Source of the DNA: Kudoa neothunni
Lineage: Eukaryota > Animalia > Cnidaria
Reading direction: 5' to 3'
Assembly (NCBI GenBank): GCA_964304625.1
Contig: OZ199838.1
Location: 2,417,329-2,481,328, forward strand
DNA length: 64,000 bases
Below are positions 41,219-54,876 of this stretch, piece after piece (position 1 is the first letter of the stretch; the number at the start of each line of letters is the position of its first letter). The notes under the pieces were generated by a model. That model saw only the letters and a program-made list of their open reading frames with translations, did not search any database and was not told where the DNA came from. Position numbers and translations under genes: made by a program.

Positions 41219-43590
41219 ATGCATCCGAAGAACATTACCGATCCTCATCATAGTAGACAACATATTTTTAACTGGTTTCACTATCGTGGTTTATATTAGT
41301 GGTCGATCATTACACCGCTGGCATTCCATATGCATCTGCTAATGTGCCGTCTTCGTTTGTAGTAGCTGCTGACAGCCATTGCTATCAGTCACAATCCCAA
41401 TCGCAGCATCCCTCCTCCTTGATCTACGACCCAGCTTCATCTTACATCAACTATAGTAAAGTAATTTTGGGATTGAGTTTACTCTTGTCCAATTATAATT
41501 CCCCCCCCAAAAATTAGGACGAAGGTGATATGTACCCCACAATGTCAATGATGCCAGGAATGGTCGTTGATACCGATCTTCAGTCCAACAATAATAATGG
41601 TCATTTCGCTAATGGGGGTAAATTAATCACCACATTAGTGGTGTTGTTTGGTTTTGATTAGAGTTGTTTCGATAGAGTACACCAACAACGATCCTCCCCA
41701 CTATCAGCAGCAAAGATCGTATAGCACCCATGATAGTAATCTTATGGCTGGACATTCTTCCCATTTTATCCCACGTAACAATGGCATGCCAACTTACTCC
41801 CAATCCCACACCCTCACTCATAATGAAGGCAATAGTCAACCAGCTCATTTTGCTGACTACGCTCAGAGCAGAAAAAGACATATGCATCAAGATTTAGCTC
41901 CCCCTACAAATCCTGCTGGCTATGGCTAGTATCTCTAATGTGTCTAGTTGGGAGTGTAACTAAACGTTGGGTAGCAATGTAAACGCCGCTGCACAAGACC
42001 TCAAACAACCTAAAACTGACAAAGCTAGCAAAGGATTGAGACATTTCTCGATGAAAGTTTGTGAGAAGGTTCAACAGAAAAAAATCACCACTTACAACGA
42101 GGTTTATTCCTCTCATCGTGTGTATGGGGTTGATTGATGTGTAATGTTGATGCCAGGTTGCAGATGAATTGGTTCATGAATTTGGGGGAAAGCGATAAAG
42201 GTCCCGGCAATGAACAGGTAAATCAACGACTAGCATTTGCTTAGTCGATTAACAATTACTTAAGAACATCCGCCGAAGGGTGTATGATGCGTTGAATGTG
42301 CTGATGGCAATGAATATAATATCGAAAGACAAGAAGGAAATCAGATGGCTTGGGTTGCCGAGCAATTCTGCCCAAGAACATCAACGACTTCAAGTATTTG
42401 ACTGATAATCTGTTGTCGTTATTCTTCACGTAAAATAATTTGATTTACTTAGAATGAAGGCATCGATATGTATGAGTCAATTAAAGCGAAACTGAAAACT
42501 ATCTATGAACTTATCATACAGGTATCTAATTGTTTGAGGACAAATGATTAATGCGGGCCGATGCAATTTAGCAAGTTTCTTTACAGAACCTGATTAGCTA
42601 CAATAAGAAACATGAGAATGAAGCTGGCTACAGTACAAGTCCGGATAAATGCATCCAACTGCCGTTTCTAGCTATCACCACCTCTCAGAATACTGATGTT
42701 ATCTGTAGAATTAATGATCAGAAGTAGGCCCACTTTTATATTACTTTGTTTGTGAGCTATTTTCTATCTATGAAGAAATAAATATGACATATCATTTTCG
42801 TCGGATTTTGAATTGAACGACGATTCTGAAATTTTGAGACGATTAGGCTTCAGCTGCAATCTTGAAAGCCCCAGTTGTACTCCGAAAGATTTGAAAAGAT
42901 CTTTACAAATGGTTCCCCCGAATCTGTCCTACTATGTTAGAGCTATGGCTGGCAGGTCGGTTGCTGAGTTTCAAGAGCATGTTCTTAGCAATAGGTACTC
43001 TCACTATTAAATGATGCCTTCATTGTCAATATTTTATTATTATTATTATTATTCGATTTACCGTTATATATTGATTTAACTGAATTCACCTTGGAATGAG
43101 ATTAATTTTGATAATTCATAGAGGATACCTTGGACACGATGATGTCATGGAATTTTACAATCGTATCAATAGAAGTGTGTTTGAAAGTGTTCCCAACAAC
43201 AACAGCAATAATACCTACAGCGAAAAACAGTTTTCCGCGAAACATTCACCCCCCAATGAACACCAAAACGTCGACAAACTCAACTCTAATTCGGTTGGAC
43301 ATTACACCTACAACCACAACTCACCTTTTCCTCATCATGAACATTCTGGCTCAAACTCTAACAACGATCGTGATTCTGTTCATCCGTTCGAATCTGCCAC
43401 CAACGAAACATATTCGTTGTCGTCACCACTGAACACAACCACTAATATCGCGTCACCCAACTCCAATGATGCTCCTCATCTAAACTCAAAAGAAACCTTT
43501 GTACAGGCCGAACACCAACTAACTCACATGACAAACGATAACAATCTCTCCACCGATTCTATAAACCACCCTGGATACGATAGACTATAA
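41219..43590 (+). CDS. TFDP1: Transcription factor DP (E2F dimerisation partner)
   Basis: [68 protein letters not shown] and [14 protein letters not shown]. About 10 short introns. Apparent 1-nt frameshift at 42184-42188. Confidence 0.92.
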
Positions 43591-43916
43591 CGTTATTCAA
43601 TAAATTTTGTCCACCCGTCTAAGTTTGATATTCTTTTATGTTCATGGGAAATATTTGAGGGGATACATTGAGATAGGGTAGTGCTTGATGGTTTAAGCGT
43701 ACAATTTTTAGAGTTGAATATTTGTGTTGCGTAATTTTTTGCGGAAGCGTGATATTACTCATTATAGTATTATAGTAATAGTACGTATTGATGCTGCCAA
43801 GCCAAAGGTTTATAGAGAGAATATTGTCAAACCTTCTCGTGACGCACATATAAATATAATACATATAAAACAGATGAAACGAAATGGTATTAATGGCTAA
43901 TATAAAATATTTATAC

Positions 43917-45078
43917 CAGCGGTTCTTAACCTGGGGTTCGGTTCGTGGAGGAATCCAAGGGGGTACGTGAGTGATTTCAATCTAATTTAATCAGCATACA
44001 TTCATTATAATTAGGGATTCACAATATCAGTGTAATTATTAAAAAATCAAATGTACTCTTGCGTTATTGTTTCTTGTAAACATTGTATATTTGCCGTAAA
44101 ATCTCCTTGTGTTATCATTTATTTTGTAAAAGTGACATAAAATCAAGTCATTTAGTGTATTATTTGTTGAAAATTTGCAATTTCCCAAATATATTTTCTA
44201 ATTTTTCATATTATGTAATTAGAATTGTTGTTTTTTTATAATAACCTACCTATTTTTGACAATATAGGTTTTCCACTCCGGTTGCCATAAAAACAAAGTC
44301 ACGAAATCGACTCTATACGTGTTACTCTTCTAAACACTTCGCTAAATTTCCGTGAATCTGTCGATACAAAGCAGGGGTCGGCGACCTACCTACGGCCCAT
44401 CAATTAGTAGATGCTGGTATTGACTGCGATACGTCATAAGGAATTCATTAACTTGACTGATAGAAACATACTGAGCATCATCCCCTATTTTTTGTCCTCG
44501 TCAGTTCAGTCCACTCGTCAAATTGTAGATCCATTTCCTCATGTTCTCCCTTTGCGAGTTTTTCTTAAATCAGAACAAAAACATCGTTATAACGTTAAAA
44601 TAATTAATTTGTATGTTTATAGTAGTAGTTACAGCAGATTTTTCTTTTACATCAAAGATCCCCATTTTTTCAAATTTAGCGATGGATTTATTCGTTACTT
44701 TTTGAGAATATTTCATTAATTCAACTTTTTGAACAATGTTAGAATTTTTCTACTGCCGGTTCACGCATAAGCCGTAATGTTCGTAGTTTGATAAGGAAAC
44801 CATGACGCACAACACATAGAATGCACAATAATTATCGATAATGTAATTTTTCGAAAGTAAAATTGAAGTGATATGTTGCTTATGTTACATAGCTTGAAGA
44901 GTGTAAGTAAAATTTTCTAGAAATTGGTTACTTTAAGTTTCATTGCAACATTACGTACGGCCCATAAGCTACTGTATTTATATGTATGTTTAAATTATGA
45001 ATCAAAGTATAATGAGGTCCGTGTTAAGTCCATTTAATATATTATGGGCCCGGAAACAAGAAAGGTAAAGGACCACTG
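43917..45078. mobile_element. hAT/Charlie remnants (composite)
   Basis: Left end cagcggttcttaacctgggg. FSTPVAIKTKSRNRL (hAT C-terminal motif) at about 44269-44313. A second left end caggggtcggcgacct at 44372. Right end aaaggtaaaggaccactg. The TSDs do not match, so pairing of the ends is unproven. Confidence 0.65.
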
Positions 45079-47570
45079 GTTTTCATGCTAATACTAGTAA
45101 TTGATAGCATTTTGTAATGACGTCAACCGGTCGATAAACATGTAGATGTTGAGCGCTACCTTCTGAGTATTGGATTTAGGACCATACGAATTAATTGTCG
45201 TTAAATAAATGCATGGCGACTCCAAACAAATATATTCTTGAATATATTAATAAAAAATAAAAATTTATATTGTTGCGTATTTTCCTTGTTAAAATAAATA
45301 CTTTGATATATTACGGATCCAGAATTTTCAATTGTTATTAGTATAGTCCGAAAATGCGCTACATGAGTTGATACGAAAATTGTAATCGCCACCAATGAGT
45401 TATAGTAGGTCTCGACATTGCACGGTTCTGTATAATTTAGGTTCTATTTTTTATCGAATTTTAGATTTAATTCGAAAATTATTCGATTGGTTTGGTTTCA
45501 TATTTTGAAAATAAATATGGATGAAAAATAGATGCATATTATAGTTTAAAGGAATTTTGGTGATTTGTTACAGCACATCAGATATTTTGAAACTGATTAA
45601 TCCCCAATTTACATATCTAGGCGCCCAATCTAAATATTTCAAGATTACAAATGAACTTAAATGAAATATCAAAACAATAAAGTACTAAATTAATCGATAC
45701 AACTTTCTGGTGCAATAGCAGTGTTTTTAAATTATTTTAACCTAATGTTGGAATGATCATGCTCAATAAACCTAAGTGCATTATAATGAGGCTCGGTTAT
45801 GGATCCTAGTTGTTTTACGCTAAAATGTTAATATATTTTTAAAAATTATAAATATTTATTGAAAAAAATAATATTAAATGAGTCAAGAACGAGTTAATTA
45901 CTTCGATAAAGTCGAATTCAGTCTATGGAGAAATTTAATTTAATGTGGAATTTACCTAAGACATGACATGATTAAGTGGCCGCGTAAATTTTAATCCTAA
46001 ATGACATGTATGCTTGCGCGAGGAGAATTTTGAATCCCATAAATTTTTTCTCATAGGCGCTATACAAATTTAATTGTTTAAAATCTGCCATATTTAATTA
46101 TTTTTAACGAACCGATATGCTCGTACAGGTTAGAAATAATTAAATATAATCAAAACTTATGGCATCTGAATATTACTTACCACACAAATTATCATTTTGA
46201 TTTTTTATTCTGGTGTAACATAAACTTAATAACATAACTTATTTTGAAGAATAAATAAAATTTCTTAGTTGTCAGTTGCATTTTAGAATACATTTTAATC
46301 TACAAACATTTCATTAAGGTATAGAAAAGACTAATAGAAAAATTGCATATATCAGACGAAATTTGGAATTTATAAAAGTATCTAAATAAATAAATAAATT
46401 CTAAGCTTTAATTATTTAGACAAAAGTATTTAAATAACAAGGGATTATTTCTGATAAATGAGTATTTATTTTAACAGTAATAATATTTAAATGCAAGAAT
46501 GACTCCGCTAAAAAAACCTTTTTATGGGCTCATGGAGGTGCTATGAAGAAAAGGAACATTTTACAAATAGAAATTACAGAATTTTACATCAAAATCAAAC
46601 ACACCTGTATTGTCTAAATATGAAAATTTTCCATTAATGCATTTTAGCAAGGAAACAATCAAAAAGCTAATGATCTAAAATTATATATATTGATATTTTT
46701 TATATCAATCCTTTCATTAATTTATTAGGATTGAATACGATTTAAAAATAAATAGCTTCATTAGTACTAAAGTTTAGGTGTTTTGAATGTGAAAAAATAT
46801 TTAAAATATTTTTGAATGAATAAATACATAAAATCTTTTTATATGAATTTATTTTTTTATTGTATCTCTTCGCTTATAAATTATTTATAGAAAATATTAA
46901 ATTTATCAATGTTCTAAAAGATTTGAATCTTACATTTTTATTATATAAGAGTTAGTAATGTTAAAACATTTTTTAAGCATTAAAATTTGCACATCAAAGA
47001 ATATAAAAATGGTTCCATACTTAATCTCATAAAGAATTGAAATCATGACGAATGTTATTAAGTCATATTTTGTTGGCGTAGTGGTTGATCGAGTTGAGAT
47101 AATTGTGACAAATGTATCTGTTGGGATTAGGACACCAATGGTAACAGGATTCCTATTGAATCAATGTGTATTTGAACTCCCATAAGACCAACCATCAGAA
47201 TAATACTCACCTTTCGTTTTGAATAATATCCTTAGTGATAGTACCTATAGAATTAGTTGTTTAGTTGGGTGCGATTGAATTGTAAGCTGGACCTCAGTTG
47301 CATAAAAGATATTGTGAGAGTGATTCGGCCCACATTCTACTGTAGGAAATCTCGTTGTCACCTCGGATTATTATTTATGTTATTTTCGACGTTGTTATTG
47401 TTTTTGTTGATTAAACCAATAGAGAGCCGGTGCTCCCATCGAATAATATTTTATTTGAGGCAGTGTACGGATAGAAATAGCTCGAAACAATAATGCTATC
47501 CAGTCATAACCCCCCGTTCACAATATTGTTAAATAATTCTTGTGTAAGTGATCTACCTAAAAATTTTCAA

Positions 47571-49634
47571 ATGGAGCTATCTAACCACACTCAAGATACA
47601 GTATTATTCTTTGTTCAGTTTAACTATTATATGATTTATTTTAACCAAAGATAACGACCAAAAAAAAGTCTTCCATCAGAAAATCATTTAGGAGTTTTAT
47701 TGAGAAATCATTTCGATCAAAATTGTCATTGTCGCTCAACAAAGCCAACTCTATCTCTAGAAAAAATATTGTTGGGGTTGGATCTCTCGTCTCTTACGAT
47801 CAAAAACAGGACTCGTCGCAAATGGCAATGACCGGTAGGATTAGCGGTGCTATTTCCACCACAAGCAACACAATCGATTATTCGTCCGATTGCATGTCTA
47901 CTGATCGAAGATCTATATACACTAATTGGAAATTTGTAACAGCTATAAAAACAATGGATGGTGTATCGATGAGATGTCTGAATTTTGTGGAAGGACAAAA
48001 TTTTTTTCTACTAGAAGAAGAAGACCACGATTGGTTGGTAGTGAAAGATACCCAGTCCAATCAGGTTGGTCGCGTACCCACACAATACTTTGTGCCCTCT
48101 TACAAATATCATCAATATTCAATGTTTGCAATGGTTGTTTGGGTGTGCCTCATTGAGTGTGATTTAGATGGTATCATCCCAACATGACTAGGAACGATAC
48201 CGAAAATTTGATGAAAAATGAAACTACCCCTGGCATTTTTTTGGTGAGAAATGGTGAGAGTTGCAGGGATCAATTATCTCTTTCGGTGTTGAATCGCTTT
48301 CACGATGTGAAGCACTACAAAATAAGGGTGGTGAATGAGCACACCAATAATCAAGGCTTCTACATTCATCAATCGAAACTTTTCCTTAATTTGGTCCAAC
48401 TCATCAATCATTATTCTACAGTAGTTTAAATTATTTGCTAAATTACTGATGGTAATATAATATTAAATTTTAAATAGTACAGCGATGGAATATGTTGTCG
48501 ATTGTCGCCGCTTCTCACCCAATCCTTCATCGATGCCAGACATGTAAACATCTCCAGCAGACAACAACCAAAACCTCACAAAGATTATATCGACCCTGTC
48601 GAGAACATCAAATATCAACGTTTCAACCCTGAAACCTTCAAATGTGATGACGTAGTGCTTAAGAACAAGATTGGGGCAGGTAATTTTGGCGATGTGTGGA
48701 TGGGAGTAGTTCCAACGCAACAACGACTATTCGCTGTCAAAATTCTCAGCAATACCACCACCAAATCAGTGAAACAATTCAAAAATGAAATTAATATATT
48801 GTCTACTTTGGATCACCCCAAAATTATCAAATATTACACTTCCGTGGTTGATAAAGATAAGGCTCGATATTGGATTGTTACCAATTTGATGAGGGGTGGC
48901 AATCTAGTGGATTTTCTTCGAAATCAAACCAATCGAGCTCATATTAGATTTCCCGAATTGATGAACATAGTTTCTCAAGTTTGTTCAGGAATGCTCTACC
49001 TTGAGGTGAAACAATAACTCCAACAATTTCCAATAAACTATATTTTTCCACTCTCTAGGACAATTCAATAATCCATCGGGATTTAGCTGCCAGGAATATT
49101 TTGGTGGGAGAAAGTTGGGAAACTATTCGTATTTCTGACTTTGGTATGGCGTGTACAGTTGAATCGGTTATGGATATGCAACGCAAAGCACTTGATCATC
49201 GAATGATCTCATCACATCCTACTGCTGAGTCAGTGGAGAGTAGTAGCGACGTCAACGACTCAAAACACAATTCCACCCCTGCTGATGATCACTCGCTGTT
49301 TGCGCTGAAATGGATGGCACCCGAAGCTGCTCTCCACAGACAGTTTTCTTTGAAATCCGATGTTTGGTCATTTGGTATTCTGCTTTATGAGATTATCACC
49401 TATGGACAACATCCCTACGTCAGCATGACCAACAAAGAAACTGTCGAACGCATAGCAAACGGCTATCGACTACCTCAACCTGCCTACTGTCCAAATAGCA
49501 TCTACAATGTGATGTTGAGTTGTTGGTCTCAAAATCCGCTTATACGCCCTAATTTTGAGTGCCTTTTGAATTATTTCAACAAGGTTACACTGGTTTTAAA
49601 ATATCATTATTTGAATAAGTAGTTTGAGCGGTGA
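47571..49634 (+). CDS. SH3-SH2-tyrosine kinase, FRK/Src42A-like
   Basis: Degenerate SH3 (DW...GRVPTQY), SH2 (WYH, FLVR, VKHYKI), kinase motifs GAGNFGDVW, AVK, HRDLAARN, DFG, KWMAPE, SDVWSFGILLYEIITYG and YRLPQP..CP. Five short introns inferred. Confidence 0.92.
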
Positions 49635-49725
49635 TTGTATAGAATGTGATGTTTTCGATTTGATAAATAACGTTTTTGTTTCTACTGTTTGCGCATGTAA
49701 CACTGGAATTAACAAATCGTGATAA

Positions 49726-52700
49726 ATGAACACACTATTAGGTGTGGCTGTGCTTATTTCTGGCAGTACACAATACGGGAGAAGAATAGTGTTTCGCTAC
49801 CCCTACGATATGTTTGAGGACACGCTGAGGAACCAAAACGCTCATTTCGCCAGCAAATACGGCCAACAATTTTTTGAATCCTTTCGCATTAGGGTCGATG
49901 ATAAAACTGGGTGAATTATCTATTTAACCTCCAACAATAATTGGATCTTAGAAGCGGTGCGACTAACCCACAATCTCCGCTAGAATCGTTAGACAATAGA
50001 ACACTTGCGCGTGTGTTAGAACCACTAACCACCCATACCAAAACACCTTTCGAACTCCATTTGGACGATATAGTTTTTGTAGGTTATCCATTGAAAATTC
50101 AAAAAGATAATGAATCATTGATAACATCAAAAAAGTACGACGAATCGATGATCTTAATTACTCGATATGTACCTTGTTTAGTTCTTTAATAACATTTGAA
50201 AAAAATAAAATTTAATAACATCAAGAAATTTTCTGATTTTAAAGTTAGCATTTAAATTTATTACAATCATAATTCGTCATTATTTCATGTCGGAATTGTC
50301 GAATATGAATTAAGAATAATTACATTTATGAGGAAATAGATAATTTTTAAGATAAATATATTATCATTTAATTTCAGTATGATTTATATATTCGCGCATG
50401 CATAATATTTTTCCGAATTAAAAAAATAATAAAAACGAATGCTTCTATTGGCACCTAATTAGTGGTCAGTTATCATTAGTTTTCATATTTATTTTTTTCT
50501 AGTGTTCCACTTCTCTCATAAGGGTCAGAAATAATTAAATTTTTATAGTTTTGTGATTAAGAGTTGTTAGGATTAAAATTTAACATGCAAACAGCCTCTG
50601 CCATAATGTATCTAGAAAATGTTCAAGTCCCGGTTTCTGCAGTATTTTAAGCAATAATGATGCTGTTCGAACTTCAATTATACTTATATGGAAATTTTTG
50701 AAGTATAGGTATTTTTTAATTTTTGGACTCTAACGATCTCTTGTGCACAAATTGTTTAGTATACAGATGGTAAAACATTTTTATAGCTATTAATATTTAT
50801 GTTAAAAATAGCATTAAATTATATATTTCGATTTATTATTGTAAAAAATATATAGCCTTAAGAAATCAAGAGATGTTTGTTGGGTCGTGTTCGGCCCAAC
50901 AAACCCTAATGAGCTAAGGTTTTTTTTGTCAATTTTAGTATTCTAAAAATAGAATTATATTGTTTATAAATATCCAATTCTTAAACCTTTATTTATATTT
51001 TATAGATTTATGTTTCAAGATTATATAAGTGTGTAATTTTTATATCCATTATCAAAGAAAATGGTGGTTTTAAGGTCATTAATTTGTATGATGGCAACAA
51101 ACTTTGTTACACCATATATTTCTTATATTTTAATATATTTATAATAAAAGTCCTTTGTTATGCAAAAAATATAAAAAATTGGGATTTATAAATTTTGAGA
51201 TGTATAACTCATTGATATATTTATGAAAAATTGACCATTGAGAAAAAGAATGTAAGATTCATGTGATTAGTACAAACAGAATCTAAAACAAAAATTAAAT
51301 GAATATTAATTCTGTAATAATTTAATAGATCAATTAAATTTCTGAATAAAATCATAAATAATTCTTTAATTTTAAACTCAAGAATCTCAATATTATAAAA
51401 AGTATTTTTTGATTTTAATTGTTCATAAATAATTTTAAAACAATAATATCGAAGTGTTAACCTAATAGAAATTATAACATTAGAAATCTATCGCTATATT
51501 TACTGTTTTTTAATTACAAGATTTTATTCATCAATAAACCGAATTATTATTTATTATTATTTCCACGTTTAAATTATTATTACTTCTACATCCTAAAGTT
51601 TGTTTTGATCATTATATCCCCATCTCATTATCCATTTGAATGTAATTTTCTGTGATTGAGACATTAAGGAGATTAAAAAATAGTTAAAATACATGTGCTA
51701 TTAGGAATTTCAGATTTTCGAAAGAACACTTCCTACCAAATTTATTTATTATATAATAAAGCTAAAATGATTTTAATTTAAAAATTGGCGGGAAATGTTT
51801 AATTGGTTTGAAGTGCGTGTAATAATTATGTTAATATTTATTTTACAGTTTAGATGAGCATAGTTCCGGGAATGTAGAAATAAAAAAGCATTCAAAATCT
51901 ACCTTCGGTATGAACGTAGTGTTTATTATGCACCACTATCCGCTGAATACAACAATCAAACAATTTTTTACTGATCTTTCAAAGAATTTTATACTATCAA
52001 TGCAACGAGAAGAATGCAAGTGTTTTTGATAAATTAGTTTGATCGAATAAATATGACGGTTGATCCAGGTGCAATTACATTTCAATGGAAACACGATTAT
52101 TGTGCCAAATATTTGACAATTTCGAAGACCAACTCATCGAACTATGTGCCTACAACAGCCATTTTCTTGGGGACGAAGCCCTCACACTTCTCGTCAACGA
52201 TATCAAACACTTAATCAAAAGATCCAACAATATGCTTTTGGCTAAATGCGAGTTGGCTCTCAACGTCAAATCCATATATGAGCAATTTTATAACAAAGTT
52301 CCTAGGGTTGTTTTTAAGGAAAAGTAATTCGTAGTTCTGTAGAACAAAAATCAAATTCAAATATGTGTTAATGGTGATGTTATGCTGAACCTATCAAAAG
52401 CAACCACTTCTCTTTTAATACCTAACAACGGTAATCCATAACTATTGATACGCCCCATTGTTTTTTTATAATTTTTAGAGGATAGAATCACAATTGAGCC
52501 CTACGAAACACTGATATTCTTTGGAAGTGGCAATTATCATGAGGTGGTCAGAGAAGTAGTAAAGAGTCTTCCTTCGGAATGTAATCCATTACTTGTTGAA
52601 TTTGTGAATCGATGCTCACCCTTTCAATCGTTATTTAACCTTGTATGTTAATGTTCCATCGGCCGTTCTTTAATTAACATTTGGAAAGATTGCTAACAAC

Positions 52701-53678
52701 AGCACGCTTGGAGTTATTGGACTTACTATTGAGCAGGCTCTCAAGTTTAGTAAGCACTTAATTTGCCATGGTAAAGCTCGAGCGATTTTGCCCTTGAGTG
52801 ATCATTCTGAGTTTGTTATAACTGATTTTGGTCGTCGTCTAATGACAGATTCAACATTGAGAAAGAATGTAGCTCACGACTTTTATTTGTTTTTTAGAAG
52901 TGAAGGTAGTCCTAGTGTGAGTTCATTTTATTCTCAGGGGTATTCGTCCTTTTGTTCGGACTGCAAAATTATTGCTCAATTGGTTTCGCGGCTTTCCAAA
53001 TCCAACAGCAACATACCACACTCTCAACAAATTTCTCCTGTACTTTCACAAGAAAATTTGACCAAGCGATGCAATGTGAATACCTGCTCTTGTAATAACG
53101 ATTTTGCCATTATAGAAATATACATGATGTTTCTAATCAGCAAAATATCTTCCGCTAATGGGCCTTTCAAATTGAGCTCCCTTATAAATATATACGAGGT
53201 GTTGAATAAAAGCCTTTGCGGATTAGATATCATTATATGGCTCTTAAAAACCGACCTAATTGCTCCTTTGCTGACGTATCCGATTATTAGTAGATTTATA
53301 ACTCCCAAACCAGAATTTCCCTGCCAGGAATTTTCGCACTTATTAACTAGCATCATTAATCAGTACCCTTTGAAAGAACCCTCATTATCAATGATTTCCA
53401 AATCCACTACGAATGTAATCAAAACCGTTGACACAAGCTCTGAATGTATTCGTTGTGTGTTGAATTAAATATCATTTTATTTAGCCACCGTCCAAACTCT
53501 AAGTGGAAATTACAGTTTCCAACCTATTGATTTTGGTTCGATAAAAATTTATATGGATGGTCATTATTGCGAAGATAAAATTCTATTACAGTTCAATATT
53601 CATCGTTCCCAATTGAAACTACTGTACCAAAAACATAACGAGATATTTATTATCAAACGACCTAGACCTATGTTTTAG
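49726..53678 (+). CDS. NPRL3: GATOR1 subunit NPRL3
   Basis: SGSTQYGRRIVFRYP, FELHLDDIVFVGYP, NVVF, EECKCNYI, HLICHGKARAILPL, WLLK and YMDGHYCEDKIL..IHRSQL. One intron of about 1.7 kb (about 50.15-51.85 kb) has unresolved ends. Confidence 0.88.
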
Positions 53679-54876
53679 ATGAATAGTTTTTATTTGTTTT
53701 ATGAATAAATCAATTATATTCTCAAGTATAGTTTAATTACATTTGTTGACTTAAAACAATTCACAAAAATCAACTCAATTTTAAATATAACCACAATAAT
53801 AACAGCTGATGAAATGTGCAATTATATTTTATAAGTAGGGATTGTAGTTTTAGATTAAAATCGATTTTAGTCGTCGAATTTTTTAAAAAGTTTCGACGTA
53901 TATTTTCATTTTCTGGGGAAATTTGACATCTTCCAAAAAACTTGAAATGGGTAGTAACCCGAGAGATACTGACAATTTTCTTGTTGAATAGATCAACAGA
54001 GAGAAGGCGGAAAATGAATTTGCTTATAAATATTGCAACATGAAATTATCTCTACAACAACGTAAAATTTGCAAGAAAATAAAATCAAAGAAACATCGTT
54101 TAAAAGTGTTTCAAGGCATTTCTCTGCCAGTTATTTTTGTAGAGATAGGAAAATGTGCAAAATTGAGAAAAATTAGATTTCTGTTATTGTTCTAGACGTT
54201 CTTCCATTGTAGCTATTAGAAAAGAACAGTTTTTTGTGAGGAGCTTGTTTCGAATTTTTCTAATTTGGAATGTTTAAACATGAACTCATTCGTACTGCTG
54301 AATCAACATAAATAATCGTCGAAAACTACGCTCTCTACTTATAAGGCACGAATGACCACTACTAGATTTCTTTTTTTAAAAATCCACCCTATTTTAATTA
54401 TTTTTTCCTCCGAATATCTACATTCGTATAAATTATTTTTTATTAATTATATTTGACGAAAAATGGTTCGATTAACAACCGTCCACGTAGCCGAAAAATT
54501 TACACCCTCTAATTAAAAATTAAAAATGGGCTAATAATTTCCCCCATTTTTGTATTTGATAAAATTGTCTCAAATAAAATTCGGCATCGAATGACCAAAT
54601 ATGAGTAAAATTCACATTCGATTGTTCACCGAAGTTTCAACGATCACATCCGACATTCTTTTTTTTACAGACTCTTATATTATTTGTACTGATACAATCA
54701 ATGAGTATTTTAAAAAAATTAAATCAAAACAAAAATCAATAATATTTTATCTTTGTGTGATTAAATACAGACAAATACAAATCAAATTCATAAATACGTT
54801 TAACCTCGTTTCTTTTCGTAACACGAGTAACATTCGCGCAGTCTCTGTCCAGTTACCAGCTGTTTCGTAGTACAAA

